This document shows, one piece after another, positions 1-12,833 of a stretch of 64,000 bases of DNA. A model generated the notes under the pieces. It did not search any database and was not told the origin of the DNA. It was given only the letters and a program-made list of their open reading frames with translations. Positions within the stretch are counted from its first letter, which is position 1; every line of letters begins with the position of its first letter. Origin of the DNA: Haliotis rufescens (Eukaryota); contig NW_025963802.1 of assembly GCF_023055435.1 (NCBI RefSeq), forward strand, positions 8,060,001 through 8,124,000. Reading direction: 5' to 3'. The position numbers were made by a program, and so were the translations under genes.

Positions 1-921
1 TTATTTTCCTATTTCCGCATGATCACAATTTCACGCAAAAAATGTTTAAAACTCAGATTTTACAGCCAGGTCTTGAGGAACAGAAAAACGTTAATTAATC
101 CACGAACAATGTTAAAAGGAATCCTATTTAGTTAGTTAAGGGACTGTAGCGTGTTCCATAATTATAAAGTAAACAATGTACCATCTTGGTCTTTCTGCTG
201 ATTTGAGTTTGAATTGCAGTGCGTGTCGTTTAAAGGTATTCTACAAAGGTTTACAATTACGTACACCATTCAGACCAGTGTTTTTTAACCAGGTCGACTT
301 ACTTAAACTTCCTTGTTTTTTACTATTGAAATAGCAGTTAGCTTATGACCTTTCATTAAAACTCTGTTTATTTCACCCGACTGATAATTACTGCTTTAAG
401 CAATCATTATAGCAACGATATTATATTATTGATAACAATTTCTTTGTTTAGTTCGTTTGTTGTTTAACGCCGCTCTCAGCAATATTCCAGCTATATGACG
501 GCGGTCTGTAAATAATCGAGTCTGAATTCATTCATTCATTCATTCATGCATCAACCAAGTCAGCGAGCCTGACCACCCGCTCCCGTTAGTCGCCTTTTAC
601 GCCAAGCATAGTCACCTTTTAGGGCAAGCCAGGGTTGCTGAAGACCTATTCTATCCGAGATCTTCACGGGTCTATATATTGATTACAAAAGCCGAAAATT
701 AATGGTAAATTATGGTAATGGTTCTATTTTTAATGTTTCTTGAAAGAAAATGGAAAATTACACACGGGAAATTCAGAATGACAACCCCTTTGTACAAATG
801 CATATACATATTATCACATTACATGTATATTATAAAGATATCATAATATCATACAAATAACCAAACGAACTTAATGTGATCATGGTCGCTTTATCCAGTC
901 ACATGTGTCCTTATATTTCAG

Positions 922-3108
922 GGCTTGATAATGCAGGGAAATCCACGCTGTGTTACCTGCTAACATCACGACTTCACGGCACGCCGCCAACCCGCTGTGA
1001 GTAGGACCCTGCAATACAATGTATTTAAATGATAAATTATAAGTCTGCATTTCACTGGGGTCAGTTTAACTCTCCAAGTATACATCGAAAGAAATATGGG
1101 GCGGTCGGGTAGCCTAGTGGTTAAAAGTGTTTGCTCGTCATGCCGAAGACCCAGGTTCGATTCCCCACATGGGTACAATGTGTGAAGCCCATTTCTGGTG
1201 TCCTCTGCCGTGATGTTGCTGGAATATTGCTAAAAGCGGCGTGAAACCACACTCTCACTCACTCACTCACTCACTCACTCACTCACTCACTCACTCACTC
1301 GAAAGAAATATTAATCTGTGAATGCCAATAAACTCTCGCCAGCTTCTACAAATATAAAACTCGTGTTTTTTCGTTCATTTTTATTTCACCTCATTTGTTA
1401 TGTATTAACTGTATAGAACAATTCGTGTTGTGTGATGTTAATGTAGTACATACCGAAATTTGTTTGTTGTTTTACGCCCCACTCAGCACTATTCCAGCTC
1501 TATGGCGGCGGCCTGTAAATAATCGAGTCTGGACCAGACAATCCTGTGATTGATATCATGGGTATCAATCTACACTTGGGATATGATGACTTGCATCACC
1601 CGACCATCCGATCCGTGAGTCGGGTTGCTGAAGACGACTCAAGCCCGGATCTTCATGGGTTAGATAACTGAACTAAGCATCGTTGGTTGTGACTGTATGC
1701 CATGCCAGTTATAACGGCGGTTTATGTTTCAGATGATGCCAAAAAGACATTAGTCTACAACAACATCAAGTTGACACTGATTGACGGGGGGCAGAGAAGG
1801 CGTGGGGTGAGTTATGTCACATGGTTTAAGATCAACTACTCAAATAACACAGCAACACAAATAAGCTTTGGAATTACATAAAATGTAACGGACTAAAACG
1901 GCTAGGTTCGGGATGTTTCAGTATTGCTGTACTTATACGTCGACACAATGTGTGATCTACATTAATCTTCAGGTCGCCTTTTAAGACAAGCAAAGCATAT
2001 GACTTATTCTGACCAAGAATCCATTTGATTGCCATTGGTCCTTTGCGAGTGCCTGACCGTGTGTGTTTGGTGTCCTGATGATGCTTGTTGGTATGTCGCC
2101 ATCAAGTCTACGTTTGTTGTTTTCACCAAAGCGGTAAACGTCTAAGATTTTATCGCGTCGGACATTCGTCGGACATCAAGCTGACGCATGCGCTGAAATA
2201 CTATTCAACGTTGCTTTGAAACAAATTACCCCACTCCCAAGTTAGGCTTAGACACTGTAATGCATAATGGTAGTAGCCTGTGACGGCTGGAGAGCAGCTC
2301 CCCGCCGCATCAAGCCGCTGTTCATGAGATGATTGTCCCCCATCCCCAGTATCCCCGGCACAACTACAAACACATCGACGTCGTCCTGTTCATGGTAGAC
2401 AGCAACGACCGGGACCGTATACAGGAGGCCCAGGACGAACTGAGACTTGACGCTCAGGATGCAGCACTCAAGAACACCCCCTTCCTTGTCCTCGCCAACA
2501 AGCAGGACCTGCCGGCCGCCCTGACAGCACCAGAGGTTGCCGAGGCAATGGACTTCCAGGAAATACTCAAAGCTCACAGTAAGTTGCAGATAAAATTATT
2601 CTTATACTGTTTTCTTTCTTTTCCATCATTTTGTTTGTTTGGTGTTTAACGCCGCACTCATAATAAACATTATTAACGTAAACATTGTCGCCGTCAGAGT
2701 ACACATGGAACCACAAAGAGAGTTCGCTATATTCGTTATTTCGTCATAAGCGTGTTCGTTATATCCAACAATTCTTTTAGATAAAATAGACAGCAAATGG
2801 CCGGGACAAAATCCTGTTCGTTATATCCGTCAATTCGTTGTAAGCGTCTTCGTTATAAACGTAGTTTACTTTACATGCTTCCAGGGGCCAACATTATAGG
2901 ATGCAGCATTCTCTCAAGGTCAGGCATTAAAGACGCCTTGGATTGGCTGACACAAGAATTCCAGAGTCCCTGTAAAGGCTCGAAAGCTTCCCCTTACAAG
3001 GAAGAGATCGATGAAGCCATAGTTGGGAAACGCGAGGCTTGGTCCATTTTTACCTACATAAGAGACATATTTGAATATTTGAAAAGATACCTACCTAAAT
3101 TGAAATGA
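922..3108 (+). CDS. Divergent ADP-ribosylation factor (Arf/Arl)-family small GTPase, 5'-incomplete, 4 exons visible
   Basis: Phase-consistent GT-AG exons 922-996, 1733-1806, 2350-2578, 2885-3108. They give GLDNAGKS (P-loop) ... LIDGGQ (G3-like) ... VLFMVDSNDRDRIQEAQDEL ... PFLVLANKQDLP (G4) ... GCSI..SGIKDALDWL, then a ~45-aa C-terminal extension. The first coding exon was not identified. Confidence 0.85.
1098..1300 (+). mobile_element. tRNA-derived SINE, family A (~170 bp plus (ACTC)n tail)
   Basis: A box TAGCCTAGTGG, B box GGTTCGATTCC, tail GCTGGAATATTGCTAAAAGCGGCGT followed by (ACTC)n. Other copies at about 8387-8552(-), 8671-8841(-), 9015-9180(-), 12369-12534(+), 26215-26385(+), 26424-26580(+), 26621-26782(+), 30508-30640(-), 33295-33451(+). 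Confidence 0.9.
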
Positions 3109-3525
3109 TCCAGAGACTATTACATACCCGAAATATTAAACAGACTGTTTGGCCATGGTAACACCACCATGTTTGGTTGGTTGGTGTGTTGTTTAACGCC
3201 GCTCTCAGCAATATTCCAAGTATATTAGGGCGGTCTGTTAATAATCGAATCTGGACCAGACAAACGAGTGATTGACATCTAAGCATCGATTTACGCAATT
3301 GGGATACGAGGACATGCAGGAACCATGTCAGCGAGCATGTCCATCCGACCCTGTTAGTCGCCTCTTACAACAAGCATGGGTTGCTGAAGATAAATTCTAA
3401 CATGGAATCTTCAGGGGAACACAATACTGAGGTTGGGTGTCATGTTTCGTCACCCTTCACATCTGGCAGACTGATTCCTTGTTAAATTCTTTGGATCAAC
3501 AAAGTTTCATATTTCCCTCGGACTC

Positions 3526-3912
3526 ATTGGATTGTACATTATATGATCGAGTGTTGACATCGTGCACAGATTGGATTGCACATTATATGATCGAATGTTG
3601 ACATCGTGCATAGATTGGATTGTACATTATATGATCGAATGTTGACATGGGTGCACAGATCGGATTGTACATTATATGATCGAATGTTGACAAGGGTGCA
3701 TAGATTGGATTGTACATTATATGATCGAATGTTGACAAGGGTGCATAGATTGGATTGTACATAATATGATCGAATGTTGAAAAGGGTGCATAGATTGGAT
3801 TGCACATTATATGATCGAATGTTGACATTGTGCACAGATTGGATTGTACGTTATATGATCGAATGTTGACAAGAGTGCATAGATTGTATTGTACATTATT
3901 CGATCGAATGTT
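3526..3912. repeat. Minisatellite, ~45-bp unit, about 8.5 copies
   Basis: Unit approx. TTGGATTGTACATTATATGATCGAATGTTGACAAGGGTGCATAGA; explains the 15-aa periodic ORFs at 3539-3969. Confidence 0.95.
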
Positions 3913-4329
3913 AGTGTTGTTTATTTGATTGAATGTTGAAATTGTGTACATACATGTATATCTCATCACTGGAGGTGTGTTTCAAACTTTCACTTAATGT
4001 AAATGTGAATATGTGTGCTTTTTTTGTTTTACGGACATTATCATCATTGCCACATGCTGTGGATGTATTATTTATAACTAATAAATCGCTTAACTTGTAA
4101 GTTCTTGCAACGCCTTTTTAAGTATCCCACAATATCCACATATACGATACAGTGGTTGATCGAGGTTTCTGTTTTACATTTTCCACAGCAATGAAACGGC
4201 AGGGGGACACAAAAATGGACTTCACAAGATTGTACCGGAAACGCTTTTTAATGAATGGGCTATCACACTGCCATTATTTCGCTGACAGAAAGATAGTTTA
4301 TTATAGTCTCGCCTTAAAAATAAAGTGCA

Positions 4330-5410
4330 TACGGAACATATTAAAATATACATAATGCGCCATCCCTCATCTTGGGATTGAGATGCTAAATTAAATTTAT
4401 ATAATAATTTAAATTCTCTTAAGAAATTGTTATTTTAATCTGAACATACATCAAATAAAGAGTTTGCAAGATTTTGATATTAGGGGCAACAGTCGTGCAA
4501 ATGAATTCGAGTGGCGTATAGCAGCCTGTGTCTACACGTAGGGGGGCTACCCACGCGTCTGCACATCGACAGCGCTCCCTTGTGACATACTCTCTGTAAT
4601 AAAGGCTTCATCCCCATAGTCTGTCTTAAAGGCGCGGTTAACCCGGGAGTTTATTTCCTGTCCTGCCATTTCTGCTATTTTGAGACACTTTATTGTCTCG
4701 TTCTAATCTTCTTTATACTTCTTGAAAAGGACGTTCTGTACAAAAGATACAATAGTTTAAATCTTGAGTCCGTTGGAACCATCAAATACGTCAGGGAGGT
4801 TTATAGCGTTCAATTTGACACGTATACGTTTGATCCAGTTGTTCTTATTAAATAAAGCTTGTCGTCTAGCCCATCGGAACACATTGTATGTGAGTGTTTG
4901 TGTCTAGGCTATTCAGTCTTGTGTAGACCGAAGAATTTGAATTTGGATATTAATAATCCCTGCTCCCGATTGGCCGAGCTTGCTACTGCTTTAGCCATGC
5001 GCGAGTAATCTAAATGCTCTGTTATCAATAGTAACTGTCAGCAATTTCAAGAAGTATATTTCCACATTAAAGACAGTCTGTCCTTGGTGTTGCCAAACGT
5101 CTACAGGAAAGAACTTTACATTTCTCCTGGTGCACAATGTTTGTTAATATCGCACCAGTTATGAAGACATTCTAAGAAAGCATTTGGGTCTGCTTCATAT
5201 TTCTGCTAGAAGTACTGATACGGTTTATAGGCTAATACAGTTCCTCATCGTCGTTCCTCATCCTATATGCAATCCATTTAAAGTAGTAATGCGTTCGTTG
5301 AATTTGTTGCCCTCTTCTCCTATTGAACCACTTAAATTCTCGGTAAGCCTCACACAACGTTTAACACTTGTATATACAGATACAATAGCTTGATACGTTT
5401 GTCCACACAT
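4330..5410 (-). pseudogene. Highly decayed non-LTR retrotransposon (LINE ORF2, post-RT region) remnant
   Basis: Interrupted minus-strand translation gives LECLHNWCDINK, KAVASSANR..GLLISK and VAPLRVDTGCY, resembling the LRIETGRY motif of CR1/L2-like ORF2 C-termini; many stops and frameshifts. Confidence 0.55.
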
Positions 5411-6140
5411 ACCAAGGAGTACTGAGAAAAAAAGATTTGATGTAATTACCGAAAAGTATACAAATATTTGAAGAAACAATTATTCATCTGTTTTGCAATA
5501 AATGTAAAATAATCCTGGTGACAGAAGGTTTAAACAGTTACAAAAGGCACATTTTCTAAGAAGAGCCAAGCAAATTTGAATTGCGGCTTGACATAGAAGG
5601 ACAATGATGGAGTCACGTGATCATGACAGCGATCAGAGAATGGTAATGTTACGGAGTGAGTGCCAAGACAGGGGCTGGTACATCACGCCCTGGAAATGTT
5701 AAATGTTTGAAGATCTCTATTGGTCCTATCTACCCTCGTGGGGATGCCGTGTTAGAATAGTCTCCCGGCAGTCGATGCCGGTCGTAAGGGACGATCGGGT
5801 GGTCAGGCTCGGTGACGTGGTTGATTGCATGTCGGCCTACCCCGACGGCGAGGATCGTTGCTCATAACATCAATCACTTGGTTGTCTGACCTAGATCGAT
5901 TATTTACAGGCCGCCGTCATATAGCCGGAATACTGCTGAGTGCGACGTTAAACAACAAACAAACAAAACAAATACATTGACAAAAAGGAAACCGTATTTC
6001 GTCCAACACACGACCTAGAAATTGTAATAGCCCGGTGTGGATTAGGGGCCCCACCTATGTCTTTACGGCTGTACGAACTGATCACTCAACCTTCTGGTGC
6101 TACCTTCACTTTTCGACATTAAACAGCACTTTACGACATT

Positions 6141-6904
6141 AATCGGTACATTTCATCATTAATCGGTACATTTCATCATTAATCGGTACATTTCACCATT
6201 AATCGGTACATTTCATCATTAATCGGTGCATTTCATCATTAATCGGTACATTTCATCATTAATCGGTGCATTTCATCATTAAACGGTGCATTTCATCATT
6301 AATCGGTACATTTCATCATTAATCGGCACATTTCATCATTAATCGGTACATTTCATCATTAATCTGTGCATTTCATCATTAACTGGCACATTTCATCATT
6401 AATCGGTACATTTCATCATTAATCTGTGCATTTCATCATTAACTGGCAAATTTCATCATTAATCGGTACATTTCATCATTAATCGGTGCATTTCATCATT
6501 AATCGGTACATTCCATCATTAATCGGTACATTTCATCATTAATCGGTGCATTTCATCATTAATCGGTACATTTCATCATTAACTGGCACATTTCATTATT
6601 AGTCGGCACATTTCATCATAAATCGGTACATTTCATCATTAATCGGTGCATTTCATCATTAATCGGTGCATTTCATCATTAATCGGTACATTCCATCATT
6701 AATCGGTACATTTCATCATTAATCGGTGCATTTCATCATTAATCGGTACATTTCATCATTAACTGGCACATTTCATTATTAGTGGGCACATTTCATCATA
6801 AATCGGTACATTTCATCATTAATCGGTGCATTTCATCATTAATCGGTGCATTTCACCATTAATCGGTACATTTCATCATTAATCGGTGCATTTCATCATT
6901 AATC
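6141..6904. repeat. Minisatellite, 20-bp unit AATCGGTACATTTCATCATT, about 38 copies
   Basis: Direct reading; variant units recur as a 180-bp higher-order block (6481-6660 vs 6661-6840). Confidence 0.97.
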
Positions 6905-8670
6905 TATTGGACTGGTTTATGGTATTTTTGGTTTGGAGAATAATGGGATATATAAAATACATTACTGCTTTGTCTTTTTTTTATCTATTCCTTTCTGTTA
7001 CAATGGATGAAACGTTTCTGCGTTTGGCAAAGCTAAACAAAACTGTTAAATCAAGACAATTCTCACACTCATAGCCAGTTTACATACACTATCGCCAGGT
7101 CTGGAGGGGATCAAAACACGATATATTGGTTGTCACGTGAAGTATAAGAAAAAGGGCGGGGGTACGTGTCTGATGCATATTTATGACACCTCAATAAGAA
7201 ACACCGAAAGATATCCAGTAACGACCGAGATATTGCAGCATGTTTAAGTATCTGCAATCTACCCTACACAATTCACATCCGAATTCAGCTCGCGTACCCG
7301 GTTCAACTTCACACGAAGCTATACTTACACGCGCTAATACTTAAGTAAACAAACAAGACGTCGCAGACTATCACGTGACCTAATTCCTTGATAGCGGTGT
7401 TGAGTCTTAGATTGCGTGTTAACCTTCTTCCGGGTAGCCTGGCCTGCCCCGACCCATGGGTAGTGTTTGAACACCTTGTTCAGTTTTGTTACATGCAATC
7501 GACAGTACATATGCTGCCGTCGACGAGGTGATACGTATTTTATGGAGGACGTGAGTATATAGTGGTCACATTAAGTCTTTCCATAAAGTTGTGTGTGACT
7601 AGGAATCAAGTAGTAGTATTGGCGTTGGCAAGGTGGAGATTTCGCTCATTCAAACGTACTCATTCTGATAATGTAACCTTCACCTTAACCTTATGACCAG
7701 CTAAAGTCTTACCCATAGTAAGAAACAGACATTCACGTAGTCTGTCTCACAGTCTCTGAAGCATAATCTCTTCCTTCCATCCAGCCCTTACTGTTACCTT
7801 ATAGCTCTAAACGAAGTCTAGATTTTCCATAGGTTCAGGATCTCCTTTTCATTTCAAATGAATTTTTTTGTTTCGACGAAAATAATTTACTTTCAGAGAC
7901 TAATCGTAGGTCTAAATGTAAGAGCAAGGCACATTGTATACAAATGTAAAGGCTGAAATAAGGGTATGTTTAGAAATAACGTGAAAATATGAATACATAG
8001 AGACATATTATATCCTTATTATGTCCTGAATACATGACACGTGTTATGGATAACAACTTGATAAAGGGGCAAGGAGTAGCCCTGAAAGGTCGTAACAAAG
8101 AATTATGAACTTGTTATCAATAACAAAATGCCATGTAATCTGTTCTTCAAGCTTCCAAATGCCTATCGAAGATTATATATTATATAATTAAGATCCTCAA
8201 AGTAAAACTTTTGGTTTTAAATGCTGCAGTTTGTTTCATTCCTTTATGAGTGAGTGAGTATGATGTCACGTGTAGCATTCCAGTCATAACCAGGATTCGA
8301 ACCTGAAAAGCCAAGTCATTAGCCACTGTATCAGTTTCCCCAACACACCTCTCCCTATTGTTGTAAGCTACCTTAATGGGATGATGAGTGAGAGAGTGAG
8401 TATGGTTTTACGCCGCTTTTAGTAATATTCCAGCAATATCACGGCGGGGGAAACTAGAAATGGGCTTCACACATTGTACCATGTGGGGATTCGGACCCGG
8501 ATCTTCGGTGTGACGAGCGAACGCTTTAACCGCTAGGCTACCGCACTGCTCCTTATGTGATAATGTAATTAGTTGTAAAAAACATTCCTGTGACTGTTAC
8601 CAGATATAGACATGCCCTAACACGGCTTTAATTCGTTGTGGTGTTGATCACTGTCTGTAACACTGACAAG

Positions 8671-8841
8671 AGTGAGTGAGTGAGTGAGTTTGGTTTTACG
8701 CCGCTTTTAGCAATATTCCAGCAATATCACGGCGGGGGACACCAGAAATGGGCTTCACACATTGTACCCATGTCGGGATTCGAACCCGGGTCTTCGGCGT
8801 GACGAGCGAACGCTTTAACCACTAGGCTACCCGACCGCCCC
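8671..8841 (-). mobile_element. Family A SINE with clear target-site duplication
   Basis: Full-length copy flanked on both sides by AACACTGACAAGA. Confidence 0.9.
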
Positions 8842-8929
8842 AACACTGACAAGACTGAGAACGTTGTCAGCAGGGCACCAGGTCACTGGGAATGCCGTAA
8901 GCAGAGCAGCTGGTAAGGGGCTGTGTACA

Positions 8930-9426
8930 TATTGATTACTAAACCAATACCGTAGATACTGTCTTTATTACAATGACTGGTTTTTAAAACGTATCTAACG
9001 AACAGGCGAGTTAGAGTGAGTGATTTAGTGAGTTGGTTTTACGCCGCGTTTAGCTCCAGCAATGTCACGGCGGGGGACACCAGAAATGGGCTTCACACAT
9101 TGTACTCATGTCGGGAATCGAACATTATCACTCGGCGTGACGAGCGAACGCTTTAACCACTAGGCTACCAGACCGCCCCTTGGGCAAGTTAGAAACGTTT
9201 TGAAATAAAACGGTATCTACGAGCTCGTAAAGGGATCGAGTGTATTAATTTATTTATTGCTCGCTTAAACTCAGCAAATTAAACTACCCGGTATCTCAAT
9301 TCAACGTCGAAAAAAGATGTTGTGTCAACGTTCGTTGAAATACACTCGTTATAAAAACGGTATCAAAACGTGCTTTCATATTTTGATAACGTGTAAAGTA
9401 CAAGAGAGTAATAAATACATATATTT
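8930..9426. mobile_element. ~300-bp hairpin-containing non-autonomous element, copy 1 (interrupted by a family A SINE at 9015-9180)
   Basis: Aligns to the reverse complement of 11337-11627 (e.g. CGTTCGTTGAAATACACTCG, AAAACGTATCTAACGAAC); SINE TSD GGCGAGTTAGA/GGCAAGTTAGA. Confidence 0.7.
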
Positions 9427-9479
9427 ATTCTCTGTCCATTTTGATAGAAACAAACAGACAGGCATCCATGACAGTTTAT

Positions 9480-11080
9480 TCAGTAAAAAGGTCATAGGCC
9501 CATAATACAGATAGTGTTTAATTGCATGAACTACGCATGGCAATGAAGTAATCGACTAAGTTTCTCTTAGAAGTTGGACTTTCCATATCCAATAGAAATC
9601 TCTGCTTAAAGCAGAGTCGAAGTTTAAACCTGCTACATCTGAAACGAGTCATGCATATTCTCAGATGTACTGGAATGGGGAGTGTCAGATCTTTTTCTAC
9701 ATTTAACTGGGATTTAAAATGTTTATTACAAAATATATCAGATATACTACTGATAGAACTGTTAGAAAAGATGAAAGGTTATCAAGTAATCTTTGTTTAA
9801 AGAGATGAATAAATATCTTCACATTGCCAACACCTTGTGTTATCCGTACATATCCAAATCCTAATTTAAACAAAATATTTTTAATATGGGGGATTGAGTA
9901 GCCCATGTGGTGCGACCAGAATCGTCTAGTGAGTTGAGCATTAAATAGCATGGACGAGGCAGTCTGTGATCATCCAAGAGCAGTAACCCTCGTATACACA
10001 AGTTGGAGGGGGGCTCTACTACACTCTCCCAAAGCCATAGCCTTGTTTGTTTTACCCGTTTTAAGAAACCATTTATTCGTTTTATACTGTACATCTTCAA
10101 TAATATTACAATATGATGTGCCCCATAATTCGGCACCGTAACAAACTATAGGCACAATCATAGCATTAAATATTTTAAATAAATACCGTATTCGACGAAA
10201 TAAGCGCCCAGGTCGATCTCAAAATTAGAAATAGGAGGCTCTTATTAGAATATATTTTTGGTGAAAGAGTTGAGAGATCGTATATTTCGTGTTTTATGCT
10301 GACAGAATGAAATGATACAAAAGAAAAGTCTGTGCGTATTTTCACGACAGATATATGTTTCCAGAATGTAATTGCCCATAATTAAGGGTGCATGTAGCAC
10401 ACGAGTGCGTATTATACACGAATAAATATGTGTACATTGATCAATCGGAAGGGTGCTTATTGGGATTGTTCACTAGCAAATATCGCCGTGGGCGCCTATT
10501 ACGTTGAATACGGTATTGTCAGGGAATAACTTTCTTTTGATATCTGTATAGTGTCATAATGACCTTGTTACTCGTGCGGCAATAGTAGCTAGTGCTTTAG
10601 TCCAAACAAGTTCAGGCTTGAACAACATACCCAAATATCGATAAAACGACACAGTTTCAATATATACACCATTAAATTTTCATTTAATTGTTGAATACTG
10701 TAATTTTAGTTTTCTTCAAGTTTACCTTCATACAAGTGGTGTTGCAAACATATTCTAAGGCACAAATCTTCTCTTGTAGATTTAAAGGTGTATCAATAGA
10801 TGACATGTCATCAGCATGCATAAGTGCATATATTTCTAGACAGTCTTTAGTAATAAATACGGTTTGTCCATACAATGTACAAGTATATTTTGAATATTAA
10901 AAACATGTGTGGGCTAAGAATGCATCCCTGACGGGTACCTATGTTACACTTTAACAAGTTCAAGTATTTAGATAACCCAGCAGGTGTTCTAACACAGGCC
11001 CACATTTTAGCATACGTTGCTTTAGTAATTGACAAAAACATTCCACAGGCACCACTATCAGATACAAACAACTCCATTAA
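9480..11080 (-). pseudogene. Decayed LINE (CR1/L2-like) reverse transcriptase ORF2 fragment
   Basis: GTRQGCILSP (RT motif), LMHADDM (YADD-equivalent), MKVNLKKTKI, IVPIVCYGAELWG and MALGECSRAPL spread over frameshifted ORFs 9703-11077. Confidence 0.85.
10184..10515. mobile_element. MITE (Tc1/mariner-pogo-like) inserted in the LINE remnant
   Basis: ~26-bp imperfect TIRs: TACCGTATTCGACGAAATAAGCGCCC vs reverse complement of the right end TACCGTATTCAACGTAATAGGCGCCC; TA at both ends. Confidence 0.75.
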
Positions 11081-11336
11081 AATGAAAAGGATCCCTAATG
11101 AGACGGGAGATCCTGAACCTGTGGAAAATGCAGACTTGCTTCATTTAGAGCTATAACGTTACAGTAATCGCTTAGTAGAAGGGGGTGTAACATGGTCCAG
11201 GGACTGTGAGACTGACTGATCTTACTTTGACTCTCCGTTTATTGCAATGGATAAAACTTTAGCTGGTGGACAAATGGGGTTGACAGTTACATTACCAGAA
11301 TCAGTACATGCTTGAAAGTTTAAGCGAGTTATAAAT

Positions 11337-11627
11337 AAATATATTTATTACTAACTGAAACTTTAATCGTGATCACAATTCACGATTGGATATCGTTCTT
11401 ATTGCGAGTGTATTTCAACGAACGTGATAACAACGGCTTTTATCGACGTTGAATGTAGATAATGTGCTGAAAATAGGTGGGTTATAAATAAATTACTACA
11501 CTCGCCCCTTTTGATACCGTTGTTATTTCAAAACGTATCTGACTCGGCCGTTCGTTAGATGCGTTTTGAAATGCACCCATTGTATAATATACGGTATCGA
11601 ACGGGATTCGTTTAGTAATCTATATTT
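11337..11627. mobile_element. ~300-bp hairpin-containing non-autonomous element, copy 2 (inverted relative to 8930-9426)
   Basis: Internal hairpin TTTCAAAACGTATCTGAC...GTTAGATGCGTTTTGAAA; homologous to copy 1. Confidence 0.7.
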
Positions 11628-12833
11628 CTGACAGCTAGCGTCTGCTTACTTGTCAAGAACAAATACTCAAACAGTAAACCGTGACTCTGTTATTTCGACA
11701 GACTAGCTTGCAGTGGCACACTTTATGTGACTTCAAAGATTTTTGTATGAACATTATTTTCTTGAAATTACATTGAACACTATCAGGTGTGTACATCGTA
11801 TCCCAAGTGTATCCCAGATCGATGATCACGATGTCAATCACTGGATTGCTTGGTCCAGACTCGATTGTTTACAGACCGCCGTCATAAAGCTGGAATATTG
11901 TTGAGTGCGGCGTTAAACAACAAACAAGCAAACATAAAGGAATTAGACCTTTTTCCTCGCTTGTATGTTTTTGACATAGAACAACAAGCATAGAGGTAAA
12001 ACAATTGCACAATTACAGTTTCTTACAAAAACAGTACAAGTAAACATGCACCATGTGTCATAGGTGTCCATAGTTAGACTCACTCAAGAAATTGAAAGCT
12101 TTGTTCACTCATTTTAGACATAAATGGGTCGTGTCAAAATGACAAAACTTGCAATTAATGGAAAGAAAAGTTACAGGTGTCCAATCATGAATCAAAAGTC
12201 TGCCATTAAATATATATATTTCCCACAATAAGAGTAATGGGACACAGTACACAATAATAAGAAGGAAGGCACTTGTGTGGCGTTTAAAGGCCTACCATGT
12301 CGGTATGAAATGACCTGGTCACATCTAAAAATGCAACCAAAATTTACAGCGTCTCTTATACGATGTTCGGGGCGGTCGGGTAGCCTAGTGGTTAAAGCGT
12401 TTGCTCGTCACGCCGAAGACCCGGGTTCAATTCCTAAAATGGGTACAATGTGTGAAGCCCATTTCTGGTGTCCCCCGTCGTGATATTGCTGGAATATTGC
12501 TAAAAGCAGCGTAAGACCATACTCACTCACTCACTTATACTATGTTGGTGTTTTGCAGGGGAAGAAACTTGCCCGACATTTGGCAGTGTACAAAGGAACA
12601 GAACACCATGGAAGCAATCATATTCCCTCGTTCGAGGTGCCGGCCATGTAGGATGTTCTCGGTGGTCACGATACCACAAAATGACTTCATGCAGCAACCT
12701 TTAACCTGAGTGGAGAACTTGACCTTCACCTTGACCCTGACTTCACTTACAGATTTTTTTATTTCTACTGGAATGTAAAACTTTCATTTTCATTTCTCTT
12801 TCAATTTGAAGAAACTCTCAACACACTCAAACA

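Noticed and set aside
1098-1170. tRNA gene
   Set aside because: A/B boxes run directly into a SINE body and tail, in many copies with TSDs; no complete cloverleaf.
3526-3969. Periodic ORFs and a CRISPR-like appearance
   Set aside because: Head-to-tail 45-bp tandem repeat with no unique spacers and no cas genes, in a eukaryotic context; the ORFs are repeat artefacts.
6141-6904. Possible CRISPR array
   Set aside because: Contiguous 20-bp units with no spacers.
7400-7556. Possible non-coding first exon of the TLR (donor GTGAGT near 7551, nearby CACGTG sites)
   Set aside because: Cannot be linked to the TLR without transcript data.
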